From Lama guanicoe (taxonomy: Eukaryota): a stretch of DNA of 64,000 nt. The position numbers and the translations under genes are program-made. Below, piece by piece: positions 51,124 to 62,862 of the stretch; position 1 is the first letter of the stretch; every line of letters starts with the position of its first letter. The notes under the pieces were generated by a model. The model worked only from the letters and a program-made list of their open reading frames with translations, had not been told where the DNA came from and made no database searches. The stretch spans positions 1,519,285-1,583,284 of the forward strand of contig MU053934.1 of assembly GCA_013239625.1 (NCBI GenBank), written 5' to 3'.

Positions 51124-52191
51124 GTAGCCCCACCGCCTGCCCCGCCCCGGGCCAGCCCCCCGCGTCTCCCTTCCCTTTGTCCCTGTTCACAGCGGCTCAC
51201 CTTTCATCTGCCTCTCAGACACCAGGCTGGCCACCCAGCACACGTGCCCGCAGCCGTCTCCATCCAGCCTGAGCAGAATTGCCCAGCCCTCCACCCACCT
51301 TGCCTCTCCACCAGAGCTGGCCCTGCCACCTGTGTCCCCACATCCAGCCCCAGGGGGTGGCAACAGTGGTGGCTGAGGATGTGGGCCTGCAGCCAAACAG
51401 GCCTGATCTGTCCCTGCTCACCCACCCGTGCTGCCTGGCTCTGAGGCCCCAGACAAAGGACTTAATTAGGACTCTTTGATTGCAAGCTATACAAAGTATT
51501 TCTGGCTAATTTAAGCAGAAAAAGAATTCATTAGGAGAATAGCCTCTTTTGAATGCATCACTTTCAGAATCCAAAGAAAGGTAAAACACTCGGGCCTCCC
51601 AACCGGACAGGAACGACAGGTCTCAGGTTCCACTGTCACCCCCTTAGTAACAGACAGGAGACTGAAGTTCAAAAGTGATGTAGTTTACCTAGGGTCCCAC
51701 AGTAAGGGCCAGGCCAGGAACAGATCCCAGACCGAGGTCTTCCCAGTCCACCCCACCAGCCCCCGAGCCTGTCCAGGGTGGTTTAAGTGGCTCCGTAAAG
51801 CAGTGTAAGAGGTGTGTGTCTTCCTTACACCGCTGTAGAGAGGCACTCACGCTCACACACGTGTACGTTACCAAACAGCAGTACCTGCCTTTGCACGTGC
51901 ACCCCCGTTTCCTTTTCCAGTCTAGTCTGTTCCTGTTTGTTTAATGCCAGCCGTGACTACGGTGACCAGATAATTGATCATCTAACTGGGACACTTACAA
52001 GTGAAAGAGGACACTGCTAATACTTCCCTGGGGACAGCAGACATAAACTGGATCTGTCCAGGGCAAAGCAGGCTCCTCTTTGTGACCTACTTTGTTGGTT
52101 TTGAGACCTGCAGTGGGAAAAGCTCTGGCCGGGGTGTGCTGAGGGGCCTCTCGGTCTGTCTGCTTGACTCGAGTCTTTTCTGCTCTCGCAG

Positions 52192-52225
52192 GTTTGAACG
52201 GTTCCGAACTGGCCAGGCCGCTAAG
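52192..52225 (+). CDS. TOM1: TOM1 exon 9
   Basis: tcgcag|G..AAG|gtaaga; FERFRTGQAAK; 34 nt. Confidence 0.95.
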
Positions 52226-52583
52226 GTAAGAGGCTTCTTCTCTGTGACTCAGCCCTGCCGGTGTTGATGGAAAGGAGGGCTGTGCTTAGCTCCCTCCCCA
52301 GGTGTCCTGGCCAGGATGTGCCTCTTATCCAGGCTCTCAGAGAAGGCTCCTTCCGACTTTTTTTATGTCACTGTCCCTTTAGGGTAAATAAGATTCTATC
52401 ACCAGCTGATGCCCCAGGGTCTTCCCAACCTCCCAGGGGGTCCAGCTGAGCTAGAGGCCAAGGGGAGGAAGGGAAGCTCCCCCACTCACTGGTGACAGAT
52501 CCTCAGGCAAAGGTGTACTTCCGGGCAGAAGGGAATGAGGCTGCAGGTCGGGAGGATGATGGGGGCCTCTCCCCTCCCCCCAG

Positions 52584-52677
52584 GCCCCGAGCGAGGCCGA
52601 GGCAGCAGCTGACCTGATCGACATGGGCCCTGACCCAGCAGCCACCGGCAGCCTCTCATCCCAGCTGGCAGGAATGA
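52584..52677 (+). CDS. TOM1: TOM1 exon 10 (DLIDM clathrin-box-like motif)
   Basis: ccccag|GCC..A|gtaagt; [31 protein letters not shown]. Confidence 0.95.
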
Positions 52678-53379
52678 GTAAGTGCAGCATGAGGGGTCCT
52701 GGCCAAGGGTATGCCACGTCCCGTGGGCACCCCTGCAATTCCGGGAGTGCCCCCCAGTTACACAGGTGGACCTGGGACTTCAGCAGCACCTCGCAGAGTC
52801 CGCAGCTGAATCTTGCTGCAGATTGAGCAGCCAAGACAAAACGCGGGGACCCTCCCTTGCAGCCCCACAACTCCTGGGCCCCCTCAGATCTCAGAAATCC
52901 AACTGTTCTGTGATTGCCCCCCGACGCTGCCTTCTCCATGCCTCGAATCATCTGGGTGACGTGGGCCCGCTTCTGGAACATCCTGGGCCCCTTTTCTGCT
53001 CTGTAACTGAGGCAGGGATGGGCCCTGCTCACAGGCTGCTGTGAGGCCTGAGTAAGCTTATGCGAGAAACAGGCTTAGACCAGCCAGGCCCACGTGCACT
53101 CCTGGAACAAGTTCACCCTCGTCGGCACCGTCACTGTGATTAGTACTGTCTGCCTGCTCCACGCCCAGCCTCAGAGGTAGTTAAGAGAGAGGAAGTGACG
53201 TGCCCACTGCCCCTCAGCCAGCAAGTGGCCTGTGCCATCCGTATGCCCCACCCTGTCCCTCCCCCCACCCATACTGCTTCTCCAGAACCATCCCGGGCCT
53301 GGCAGGGAGCAGCTCGGCCACGGCTCAGTGCCCGTGGGCAGCCGGGCAGACCCTTCAGGTGGCCTTTCTGTCCCTGCAG

Positions 53380-53500
53380 ACCTGGGCTCCAGCAGCGTGA
53401 GGGCCGGCCTGCAGTCTCTGGAGGCTTCTGGCCGACTGGAAGATGAGTTTGACATGTTTGCGCTGACGCGGGGCAGCTCGCTGGCTGACCAACGCAAAGA
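53380..53500 (+). CDS. TOM1: TOM1 exon 11 (LEDEFDMF motif)
   Basis: ctgcag|AC..GA|gtgagt; (N)[39 protein letters not shown](E). Confidence 0.96.
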
Positions 53501-56500
53501 GTGAGTGGCCGGGCCTCACCCTGGGCCCCTGCACTTTGGGTGGCTCCTGTCAGGGGAGGGCCTCTCTCCAGGTCCCTGAGCCCAGTCTGTTGGTAGGCAC
53601 CCCCACCCCTGCGCACGCTTCCTCAGGATTGGCAGAGTTCCTCCCCCTGAGTGAGTCCTGTGTGGCCCGGGGAGCCCTGTGCTCTAGGGATGGGTCAGGA
53701 AAGGGACGCTTGTAGGTTGATGACCAGAATCTTGCAGAATCTGATCAGATGAGGGAACCGAGACACTGAGAGGCTGGGTTCCAGGTCAGGCAGCTAATGG
53801 CAACACTAGGTAGGGAACCCAGGGCTATCTGGTTCCAAAACACAGTCTCCCGCCCAGCCCAGCCCTCCAAGCACTGCACACCAAGCCCTCGGGGGCCTGC
53901 TCAGTCATTTCTGCTGTTCCACAGCCGGCCTGAATTTCCAGGGAAGTCCTTGTCGCCCCACTCAAGCCTGCCTGCTCTGCCTTGGAGCTGGGGGGACTGT
54001 CCATTTTCAGGGAGGTGCTTTCAGCAGCCCAGGTATGTGGCCGAGTGTCCACCAGGGCCGGCTTCATACCAGCCGGTCAAGGGAAGTAGTTCACTTGAGG
54101 TTGTCATCAGCCCTTTGCTTATAAACCCCAGGGCAACCAGGATGTACAGCCAAGGAAAGTTCCGGATTAAGGGACCTTCCCAGCATAGATGCCCTGGCTC
54201 CTGGTCATTCTGTTCTGGTGTCTTTGGGTACTGTTGATGAGCCTCCAAAGGATCCAGGGATACCCTCTCTGCACTGGCCAGTCCAGGTCAAACCTGACAG
54301 GCTGTGGCCAGCCTGGGTCCGTAGGGCCTCTCCCTGCCCTGCCCAGTGGCCCAGCCAACCCTGCGCTGTGAGCCACATCTCTAGTCTGGGACAGAGTCTG
54401 TGCTCCCAAGCCCAGGTGCTCTGGGACCAGCGGCTCAGGTTGCCAGAGTTAGGGGCACAGGGAGGCTGCTGTGTGGATGGAGGCTAATGAGCCTGGTGGG
54501 ACTGGCAGCTGGGAGGACAGCCCGCCTGAGAGCACCTGGCCCGGCTCACCAGCCTGACTGAGGTTTGCTGCCACACCATCACTCTTCTGGGGAGTGGGGC
54601 CCTGAGGGCCAGAGAAAAGCGTGCCCTGAGCTTGTCCTCCAGGGACCGCGGCCTCACGGGGAGAGTCGCGTGCTCACAGACCATGGCTGTGCAGTGCTAG
54701 GTGCTGACCTGAACTGGTCTACCAGGCACTGCGGACAGGGAGGAGGTGCACGGAGCTCTGCAGAGGACGCTCAGAGCCTGACACGCGGTGGAGAGGTCAA
54801 GATGGCCATTTCAGGCCATTGAACAGCATGTGCAAAGGGTCAGAGTCAGGGGAGACTGTGAGACACTGCGGCCGGGGAAGATGTGCCGCAAGGCCAGCAC
54901 ATACTGTCTCAGGTCATCGGTCCTCCTGCAGGCCCTCCCTGGGGGGTGGTTTCCACCCCAGCAGAAAGCACCCTGTGGGGACATGACTGTGCCTGAGCTT
55001 CAAGTCCCTCTTTGCTTTGCTAGCCAGTTTGGGTGTCCGCCTCTGACACTTCAGCTGGATCTTCTAGCCCTGGTCACCTGGCTGGCCTTTGGTCCCCCAA
55101 CCTTCCCCTGTCTCCTGGGGCTCTTGAATCCTCCAAGGCCTCTTCTGCCTACCAGGTGCCTGGGCCACGCCCCGCTCAACCTGTGCTGACCACATCTGGC
55201 ACAGTCACAGCGTCTCCAGCTGACCAGACTCTTCCACTTGGGATGCCAGGGCGGGTGTCTGAGCGAGCCAGAGTTAGGGACGCCTTAGCCAGGCTTGGCC
55301 GGCAGCAAGGAAGCTCTTCCTTGACTTCTTCCATGCTCCACTTGCTCCCCAGTGCCACTGTGTCTTCTCCAGGCACTGACAAGGGTCACCTCAGGTGGCC
55401 CTGGGTCCAGTCCCCACCCACCAGCCTCACCAGGACCTCCTTCCTCCTCCAGCCCCATGTGCCTCGTGCGGGCTCCACTGCTGGAGGTATGGCCCCCGGC
55501 GACAGCTGAACTTTAGAGAGAGAGAGAGGAAAGCGGAGGTGGTGAGCAGTTAGGAAGGAACACGTGGTTCTTTTGAGGGAAAGGCAGCATGGTTTCTGTA
55601 AGTTCCTGGGGCTGGAGGTGCTTCATCCCGCCTTTTCCCACCACGCGCCTTTGGGTGCAGGGACAGCAGCACGGCTGCCTCCGTCCTGGAGTGAGCGGCC
55701 GTCCCGGGTCAGGACGCTCAGGATGCTCAGGTTTTGGTATCACCTCCTCCTCGCCAGCTCTGCTTGCCCCCATTAGCCAGAGAAGCTAAGCTGCTCTCCC
55801 GAAGGGCGTGAGCACCCCGCCCGCCGCCCCGGCTCTCAGGTTGGCCCCCGCCCGCTTGTATTACGCACGAGCCGTGTGACCTGGGGTGGCCTAGCTGATG
55901 ACGCCGCTCTCCTGGCTAACCCCACGACCTCTGGGGGAGCACGGGGCAGCTCTCCAGAAAGGCTGCCTGGGAGTTTGGGGGTTTAATTCAAGAGGCCCCT
56001 TTAAGTGCCAGTCATCCTGATTCCCAGAAAGGCAGATTGGCATTGTGAGAGTTAAACATGCTATGGTCCTGGTTCCTGAAGTGTGGAGCTGGACCAGCCC
56101 TGGGACCTGCCCGACCTGGCGGAAGGCCCCTCGGAGATCTTCCGCTAACCGTGCAGGGCTTGCCCTTTGTGGCTGGAATCCTGTGCCTCTCGTCTTCGCC
56201 TCAAAGCTGGACTGGCCCAGTGTCACCTCCTCTCATCCGGCAGCTCAGGATGAGAGTAATGGTTCTTGCCATCCAGCAGCAGGGCTGTGTCCCCAGTGCC
56301 TCCCCTGGACGTCCCCTCTGTAGCCACCAGAGAGACGCAGCCCCCTCGTTAGCACATCTTTTCCTCCTGCTCCCCCGAGACTTCGCCTCAAACCTGGCAG
56401 ACGCCTTCCCTGGCCTCATCTGCCTGGAAGCTGCAGTGTCAGCCCTGCCTCGTCTCCCCCCAGAGGACACTGAGAACCCCCTCCCCCAGCAGACTGCATA

Positions 56501-56969
56501 GCAGGATGGATTCCCCATTCAGCTGCAACCTCACACAGAACCACAGGTTCTGAAAGTATGAAATGGGAGCAGCTCAGGAAAGCGTTTAGGTGTGAACTCT
56601 CCGTGAGCTTGGGGTCACTGGCGCTGTGCCATCCCTGGGTTTGGCCAGATCCAGCGATAGGAGGTTGGTGGTCTTGCAGACCCCTACACCCTCCCTCAGC
56701 TTCTGCAGCCTTACTCTGCCCGTCACACAGGTCACGTGTCTGACCCCAGTTTCCAGGGGCAGGAAGTGAGACCCTCTCCACCATCCCAAGCAGGCCTGTG
56801 GAGTTGGCACCCTCTCTGGAGCCAGGCCTCCCCCGCCCAGGCATGTCCCAAGTCCCCACAGGGTGTGAGTCTGGCTCATCCTGGCCCACCCCCTCCATCC
56901 TCAGGTCAGCTGGCACGCCTGGGATGGCACAGGTGGCACATAATGGCCATGGTGGCCTCTGTGTTTCAG

Positions 56970-57045
56970 GGTAAAATACGAAGCCCCCCAAGCAACAGAT
57001 GGGCTGGCTGGAGCCCTGGATGCCCGACAGCAGAGCACTGGAGCG
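56970..57045 (+). CDS. TOM1: TOM1 exon 12
   Basis: tttcag|G..GCG|gtaagc; [25 protein letters not shown]. Confidence 0.96.
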
Positions 57046-59372
57046 GTAAGCAGAGGGGCCCTGCCGCTGCCTGGGGCCTGTCCAGAAGGAAGGCCAGGGG
57101 ATGCTTGCCCACCAGCCCCTCAGGTGCTTATAGTGATGCCCACCGTGGTTTACAATAGGACACGTGAGAGGGCGGATGGGAGGTGCCAGGTGCAGGCTTG
57201 GAGCTCAGTCAGTATTTGGCCTCACTGCCTCTCCAGACACCTGTTATCTGCAGGAGTGTGGACAGAACGGGACAGGAGAGCAGACCCTAAAGCCACGGTG
57301 AGGCATGTGAGGGCAACATCTTTGTTCCATTTAACTACCTGACTGTTCTGAGAGACAGCCATGAGCTCGCTCTGCGCGTGACCCCTCCCCTTCAGCAAGA
57401 GCTCCAGTACAGTTCTCGTACCTTTGAATTTGTTTCTGGATGCCTTTCGTGAGAATTTCTGTCCCAAGAAGTGGGCAGAGCAGCTCCTTGGGAGGTGGTT
57501 AGAAGCTGCAGGACCTGGGGGTTGGCGAGGCAGGGGCAGTGGAGAAGGCGGCAGAGGACAGGGTTGATGACAGCACAGGGCTTCGGAGGCTGAGGTGGGA
57601 CTGGGTGGTGGGAGACGAAGCCTGAGGAAGGGCAGGTGGGAGGACTGGGCTTTATCTTGTGTGGGGTGGGAGCCTTGGGCAGTTTCGAGCAGAGGGGGAC
57701 GTTTATCTGGCTTCCGTTTTAGAAGGACCCAGTGTGGAAGCTGGGAGAGCAGTTTGGAGGCTGCGGAAGCCGCCCGGCTGCAGGATGTGGAGAGGAAGGA
57801 GGGAGGTGTGGGAAGGATTCACAGTGGCTCCCCAAAGGCATCCCAGCACCCCAGGAGTCATTCCCAAGTCAGAGCAGGGCCAGACCTGGAACACTGTGGA
57901 GGCAGGACCAGCGAGGGACTCAGATGCCTCCCGCGTCCTTGTGTGACCTGCCACCACTTCTGCCCCGGGTCTCAGAGTCCGTTCGTTTCTCTCTGTAAGC
58001 GGTCGTTTCTCAAGCCGGTGCCGGTGCTCCGTGCCTGGCCCCGTGCTAAGCACTCTCCACCCCCTGCTCGCTGAGTCACCACACAAACCCTTAGGGTGGC
58101 CCCTTCTACGGATGAGAAAATTGAGTCCCAGAGTGGGGTGATATGAGACCACAGAGGTAACATCCTTGGAACAGTGCCTGGCGCATGAGAAGTATTCACC
58201 CTTCATAGCGCTGAAGCGCTGAGATGTGGTTACGCCCACTGACAGAGAACGCTGGGCCTTAGAATTGAGGTCGTTTGCCCAGTCTCTCAGCTGTTGTCTG
58301 GGCTCCAAAGCCAGTGATGATGATGGGAACCCCAGGTGGCCGGCCACGCTCTGAGGAGCAGAATGGTGCCCCTGCTCAGCCCTCCTTTCCCAAGGGCCAT
58401 CATTCTGGCTCACTCTGGAAACCCACTGGAAGCACTTCCCTCCCAAGCCGCCCAGCTGCTCCCAGGCAAAGGCTGACTCCGCATCCCAGCCCCTCCCTGT
58501 GACAGATGAGGGCGCTGCGGCCCAGGACCAGTGTCACCTGCCCAGGCACACACAGCACTAGGATGCAGGTCTCCTGGCTCCTGCGCCAGCCCGCAGTTAG
58601 CCCCCGGGAGGAAATACACACACCTCTGCTTGTAGAAAGGCAGAAGCTGATAAGTTATCACTTGTTCATCTCTGATAACTTGAGAGATTTAAGCGACTTC
58701 CACCAGATCAGAATATGGCTTCCTTAAAACCACGTGGTAAACACCTGCTCCCAAGATGCTTACGTCTGGCTGGGTGGTTAGGCTTTCCCCCACTCAGCTG
58801 TTAGAATGTGATTCCAGGCAGCAAAGTACAGAATGGATTCAAGTGCCAGCTCTGTGGGCAGCCAGGGTTTGCCCCCTAGGACCCCAGGGTCTTGTGCTGG
58901 TCTGTCCAGGCTGGGGCAGGCAATCACGGGGTAAAGGGTTGGAAGTCAGGACTCTAGGCTCCCTCTACCATCAGTCTGCTCTGGGGTCCTCGAGATCTCC
59001 CGTTTGCCCATCAAGACACATGAGGGGACCGTGGACAGCAGCGTTCCTAAACCTGGGTGCCTATCAAAACCCCTGGCTAATGGCTGCCTACCCACCATCC
59101 TGGGATTGCTCGGGCCCACCCCTCACCCCAGGATGCAGGGGTGAGAAGGGGAGAGAAGCTTGCCATCCAGCAGTCTGGAGTCCCCACAGGAAGACACCCT
59201 CTGCTGCTTCCTGTCACTCCACCGGTCAGCACCCCCTGCACGTGCACATGCACGCACACACACACAGGCTCCTGGGTGGGAGCAAGCTCGCCTGCTGGAG
59301 AAGGCTGCCAGCGCACCAGCCGCCCTGGCCCTGGCCTTCCCGCCACCCTCAGTGTGACCCTCTCTCACCCAG

Positions 59373-59426
59373 ATGGGAGGCAGCAGTGAGAAGAGCCTCA
59401 GTGACTGGATGGTGAGACAAGGCATG
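59373..59426 (+). CDS. TOM1: Candidate TOM1 alternative cassette exon between exons 12 and 13
   Basis: ccctctctcacccag|ATG; MGGSSEKSLSDWM(VRQGM); in-frame donors ATG|gtgaga after 59411 and ATG|gtgagg after 59426; phase 0-0 like the host intron. Confidence 0.6.
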
Positions 59427-60799
59427 GTGAGGAGCGGCCAGGCCACCCCTGCAGGGGTCCCACCCAAGTGGTGCTGCTCGTTAGAACCAGAGGAGAGCGG
59501 GGGCCTGCCGAGCCCAGCCCAGTGCTCAGCGCAGCCCACTCCCTCGACTCTTACTTCCACGACCCCTCGGTGCTGCCTCGGAAGCAGGGCCCGGGCCGCC
59601 CCTCTGGCAGCTGGGAGGTGACGGGGGCTCGCCTGGTTCTGGGCCGAGGGCCAGCAGAGGGAGCTGGGGTGGGCATCCCAGAGAACTCGCTGCCGCTGCT
59701 GCTGCTGCTGCTGGAAAGTCGGCTCCCGCTGCCCACTGGGGCCTGGGCACTGAGCACAGAGCTTGGGGGCTGACCTGGCTTTGACTAGAGAAAGACGCCC
59801 TCTCCCTCCATTTCCCAAAGTAGCTACGCAGTAATCGCACTTTCCTGCGCATCTGCGCTGTGCCAGGTGCTGGGCTGAGCTCTTCGTCCCCTCATCCCGT
59901 TTAACCCTCACAGCCACCTGGACAGCAGGTACTGTCATCCTCTCTTAACGGTGAGCGAAGTGGGGGTCAAGGGAGCTAAGAAACACGCACTGAGTCTCAG
60001 GGGCCCAGCCACTTCCAGCATCTCTGTCCCAGAGTCTGTGCTCAAAACCCCCAGCTGGATTCTCCCAGTGAAGATATATTTTGAGTAGGAAGCGCCCGGT
60101 CCCCAACTCAGCCTCAGTCGGACCCTCAGCCCCCAGCCCCTGTGGACGTGGAAGCCTCTGTGGCAGAGCCCGTGTCTTTGTGGCCCAGCATGAAATGTCC
60201 CCATGGGTAGCCAGCCACAGTTCCTCTGGAGCCAAAGGCCTGGCCTCATCTAGTCATCTCAGCACCTCCTTCTGCTCCGGCCCCCCCACACCGCCTTGAA
60301 CCATGAATTCTGAGTCCACGGAGGTGTGGGGGACAACCCAACGTCCCTTGCCCCAGCCCAATGGCTGGCTGCTCCTTGAGCTTTGCACATCCCTCCATCA
60401 GATGCTCCTGCGCACCTGTGCTCAGTCCTGGCCCTGGGCCTGCGCACGAAGCCCCGCCCCACAGCCCGCAGGGAGCCAGGGGTCCATTGTCTCCTCGAGG
60501 CCCTGCTCCAGCTGTTAGGCGCCCCATCCCTAGCCCCCTGCTCAGCCTGCTGGCCCCAAATTCCCCTTGCCCACAGACTGGCACCGTGGGTAGAGCTGTG
60601 GGTCCCAGGCATCTAGGCAGGAGCCATCTTGGAGGGGCTGCTGGGGCCTCGGCCCCCAGCAGAGGGCAGGGCAGGTCTAAGTGGCCCCATCACAGAAGTG
60701 AGGAGGCTCAGGGGTGGGCGACTGCCTGGGGCCACAGCTGGTGGACGGCTGGTCATCCAGTGTACTGCCTCCCCGCCTCACCCCCGCCCGTCCCTCCAG

Positions 60800-60859
60800 A
60801 TCCCTGTCACCCAGGCCTGCCTCATGGAGGACATCGAGCAGTGGCTGTCCACTGACGTG
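60800..60859 (+). CDS. TOM1: TOM1 exon 13 (IEQWL myosin VI-binding motif)
   Basis: ctccag|ATC..GTG|gtgagt; IPVTQACLMEDIEQWLSTDV. Confidence 0.96.
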
Positions 60860-61832
60860 GTGAGTCAGGGGCTCCTCACCCACAGACCCATGGCTTCCAT
60901 TTTTCTCGTGAGGAAGTGACTGGTTGTGGGGGCAGGGTGAGCAGCTGGTGAAGGGAGAGCATTAACGTGGGCCACAGCAGCAGCTGGGAGCATTCCATCC
61001 CCTGCCGCCCACCCCCCACCCCTCGCAGCTGCTGGAGCCTCCCCTTCCCCAAGCCGGCTACCACCCGAGGGCCCACTATGGGCAGGACGTGTGGGCCAAG
61101 CGCAGCCGGGAACCAGGACAGCACAGAGCTTGGCACCTGCGGTAACTCAGGGAGCCACGCTCAGAGGGATGCACTCCGCAGCCCCAGGACACAGATTGGG
61201 AGACTGACAGGCAGCCACCAGGGCTGCTGCACCCCAAGGAAGGTGCGCGAAGCCCCACAGTCCCCAGTGAGTGCCCTGCCGCCCCTGGTGAGTGGCCAGG
61301 GCAGAGTCAGCCTGAGCTCCCCATCCAGGGCTCCTTCCCCAGCATCCACCACCACCTCCCTGCTCTGGGCACAAAAGACCAAGTGCCTGGGCACTTCCAG
61401 GGCCAGAGGCTGCCTTTGCAGGTGGTCAAGACCGTGTTTCTGCCCAAGGTCAGGAGAGGGTCTGTCTGTCTTGTCCGGTGGATGGAGGTTACCCCCTCAT
61501 CAGCCCCCAGCTTGACTGTGCAGGGCCTCAGTCTGGGGCATCAGCCTTTCCATCATGGGGTGAGTCAGTCCGTCCCTCTAGACACTGGAAGGAAAGGAAG
61601 TAGCGTTCATGGAGGGCCCACTGGGCACCACACTGTGCTTGGCACTCAGCAAACAGTTGTCCGTTTTAGCTTCCCAACAGCCCTGTGAGTTTCACTAAAT
61701 GGAAAACCGGGCTCAGAGAATCAGGCAACACCAAGGCCGTGGGGTTCAGGAAGGGGTGGGGCCCAGGTCTGGATCATTCTGGACCTGCCCTGCAGTGCCT
61801 GCTGCTAACCTCACCGCCTTCTGCGTTCTCAG

Positions 61833-61872
61833 GGGAATGATGCGGAGGAGTCCAAGGGTGTCACCAGTGAAG
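61833..61872 (+). CDS. TOM1: TOM1 exon 14
   Basis: tctcag|GGG..G|gtagga; GNDAEESKGVTSE; followed by an 80-nt intron. Confidence 0.94.
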
Positions 61873-61952
61873 GTAGGAGACCCTGGCCCTGCCCACCCCC
61901 TCCCCTGCTCCAGCCTTGGAGCCCCCCCCCAGCCTCCCTCTCGTTCCTCTAG

Positions 61953-62107
61953 AATTTGACAAGTTCCTGGAGGAACGGGCCAAAGTGGCCGATCGTCTGC
62001 CCAACCTCTCCAGCCCCTCGGCCGAAGGTCCCCCGGGCCCTCCTCCTGGCACCGCCCCTCGAAAGAAGACCCAGGAGAAAGACGACGACATGCTGTTTGC
62101 CTTATGA
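61953..62107 (+). CDS. TOM1: TOM1 exon 15 (last coding exon)
   Basis: ctctag|AA; (E)[50 protein letters not shown]; 15 exons sum to 1479 nt = 492 aa. Confidence 0.96.
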
Positions 62108-62856
62108 GCGTGGGGCCTGGCGCCCTGCTGCCCAAGCCCCTGCTGCCCCACACCTCACCTGTGGTGGGGCCTCTCCCTCCCTCGGTGTTCAGGCTGCTTT
62201 GGGGATGGCTTGTATGCTCTGCTCTCCCCCTTGAGGTTGGGCCATACCTGGGGATGTGGAGGCAACTGGCTGAATGGGGGGCGGGGGAAGGCAGGGCAAT
62301 TCTGTGTTGGGATCCTGGATGCTCCTGCCTCCCTCCCTCACCCCCAGCCGAGCACTACGACTTTGCTGAGAACCAGGAGGCCCCGGCACAGACAGGCTGG
62401 CTGTTTAGTTGCCCCAGCGTGACTCCCCTTGTCCTGGGTGATCCTCTCCCTGGACCTACCCCCAGAGGAGCCCTCTTGAGAGCCCACACTGCCAGTCGAG
62501 GCCTGGCTGGAGGCTGGAGACAGCAGAAGCTTCCGTCCCAGCCTCGGGTCCGTTCCCTGGCCCCTGGCTTGGAGCCCAAAGGCTTTGGCCAGCTGTTGAG
62601 GGAAGAGTATGTGGTCCTCTGCTGAGCGCACACTGTCCAGGTATGAAGCTGCACATGGTGAGGGGAGACCTCACCATCCCAGGCCGCAAGAGGAGGCTTC
62701 TGGGGATGCCTGGAGCACCTGTGGCCCCCACGACCTCCTCCACTGCCTTTCCCTCCGTCCGTCCTCTGTTCCACCCCGGTGGCTCCACCGGGCATGGGGC
62801 CTACCTACCTGTTGGTTGATCCTCTTGTACTGGGAGAGGTGCCTTTTGTATCCCCA

Positions 62857-62862
62857 ATTAAA
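62857..62862 (+). terminator. TOM1 poly(A) signal ATTAAA
   Basis: First canonical-type hexamer seen after the stop (~750 nt); TGTA motifs at 62826 and 62847 just upstream. Confidence 0.75.

Noticed and set aside
50659..51444. 261-aa ORF overlapping TOM1 exon 8 in another frame
   Set aside because: Shadow frame of GC-rich coding sequence; no splice or start support
59123..59938. 271-aa minus-strand ORF with a polyQ stretch
   Set aside because: PolyQ comes from a short (GCT)n repeat; remainder includes MIR-like sequence and no domain
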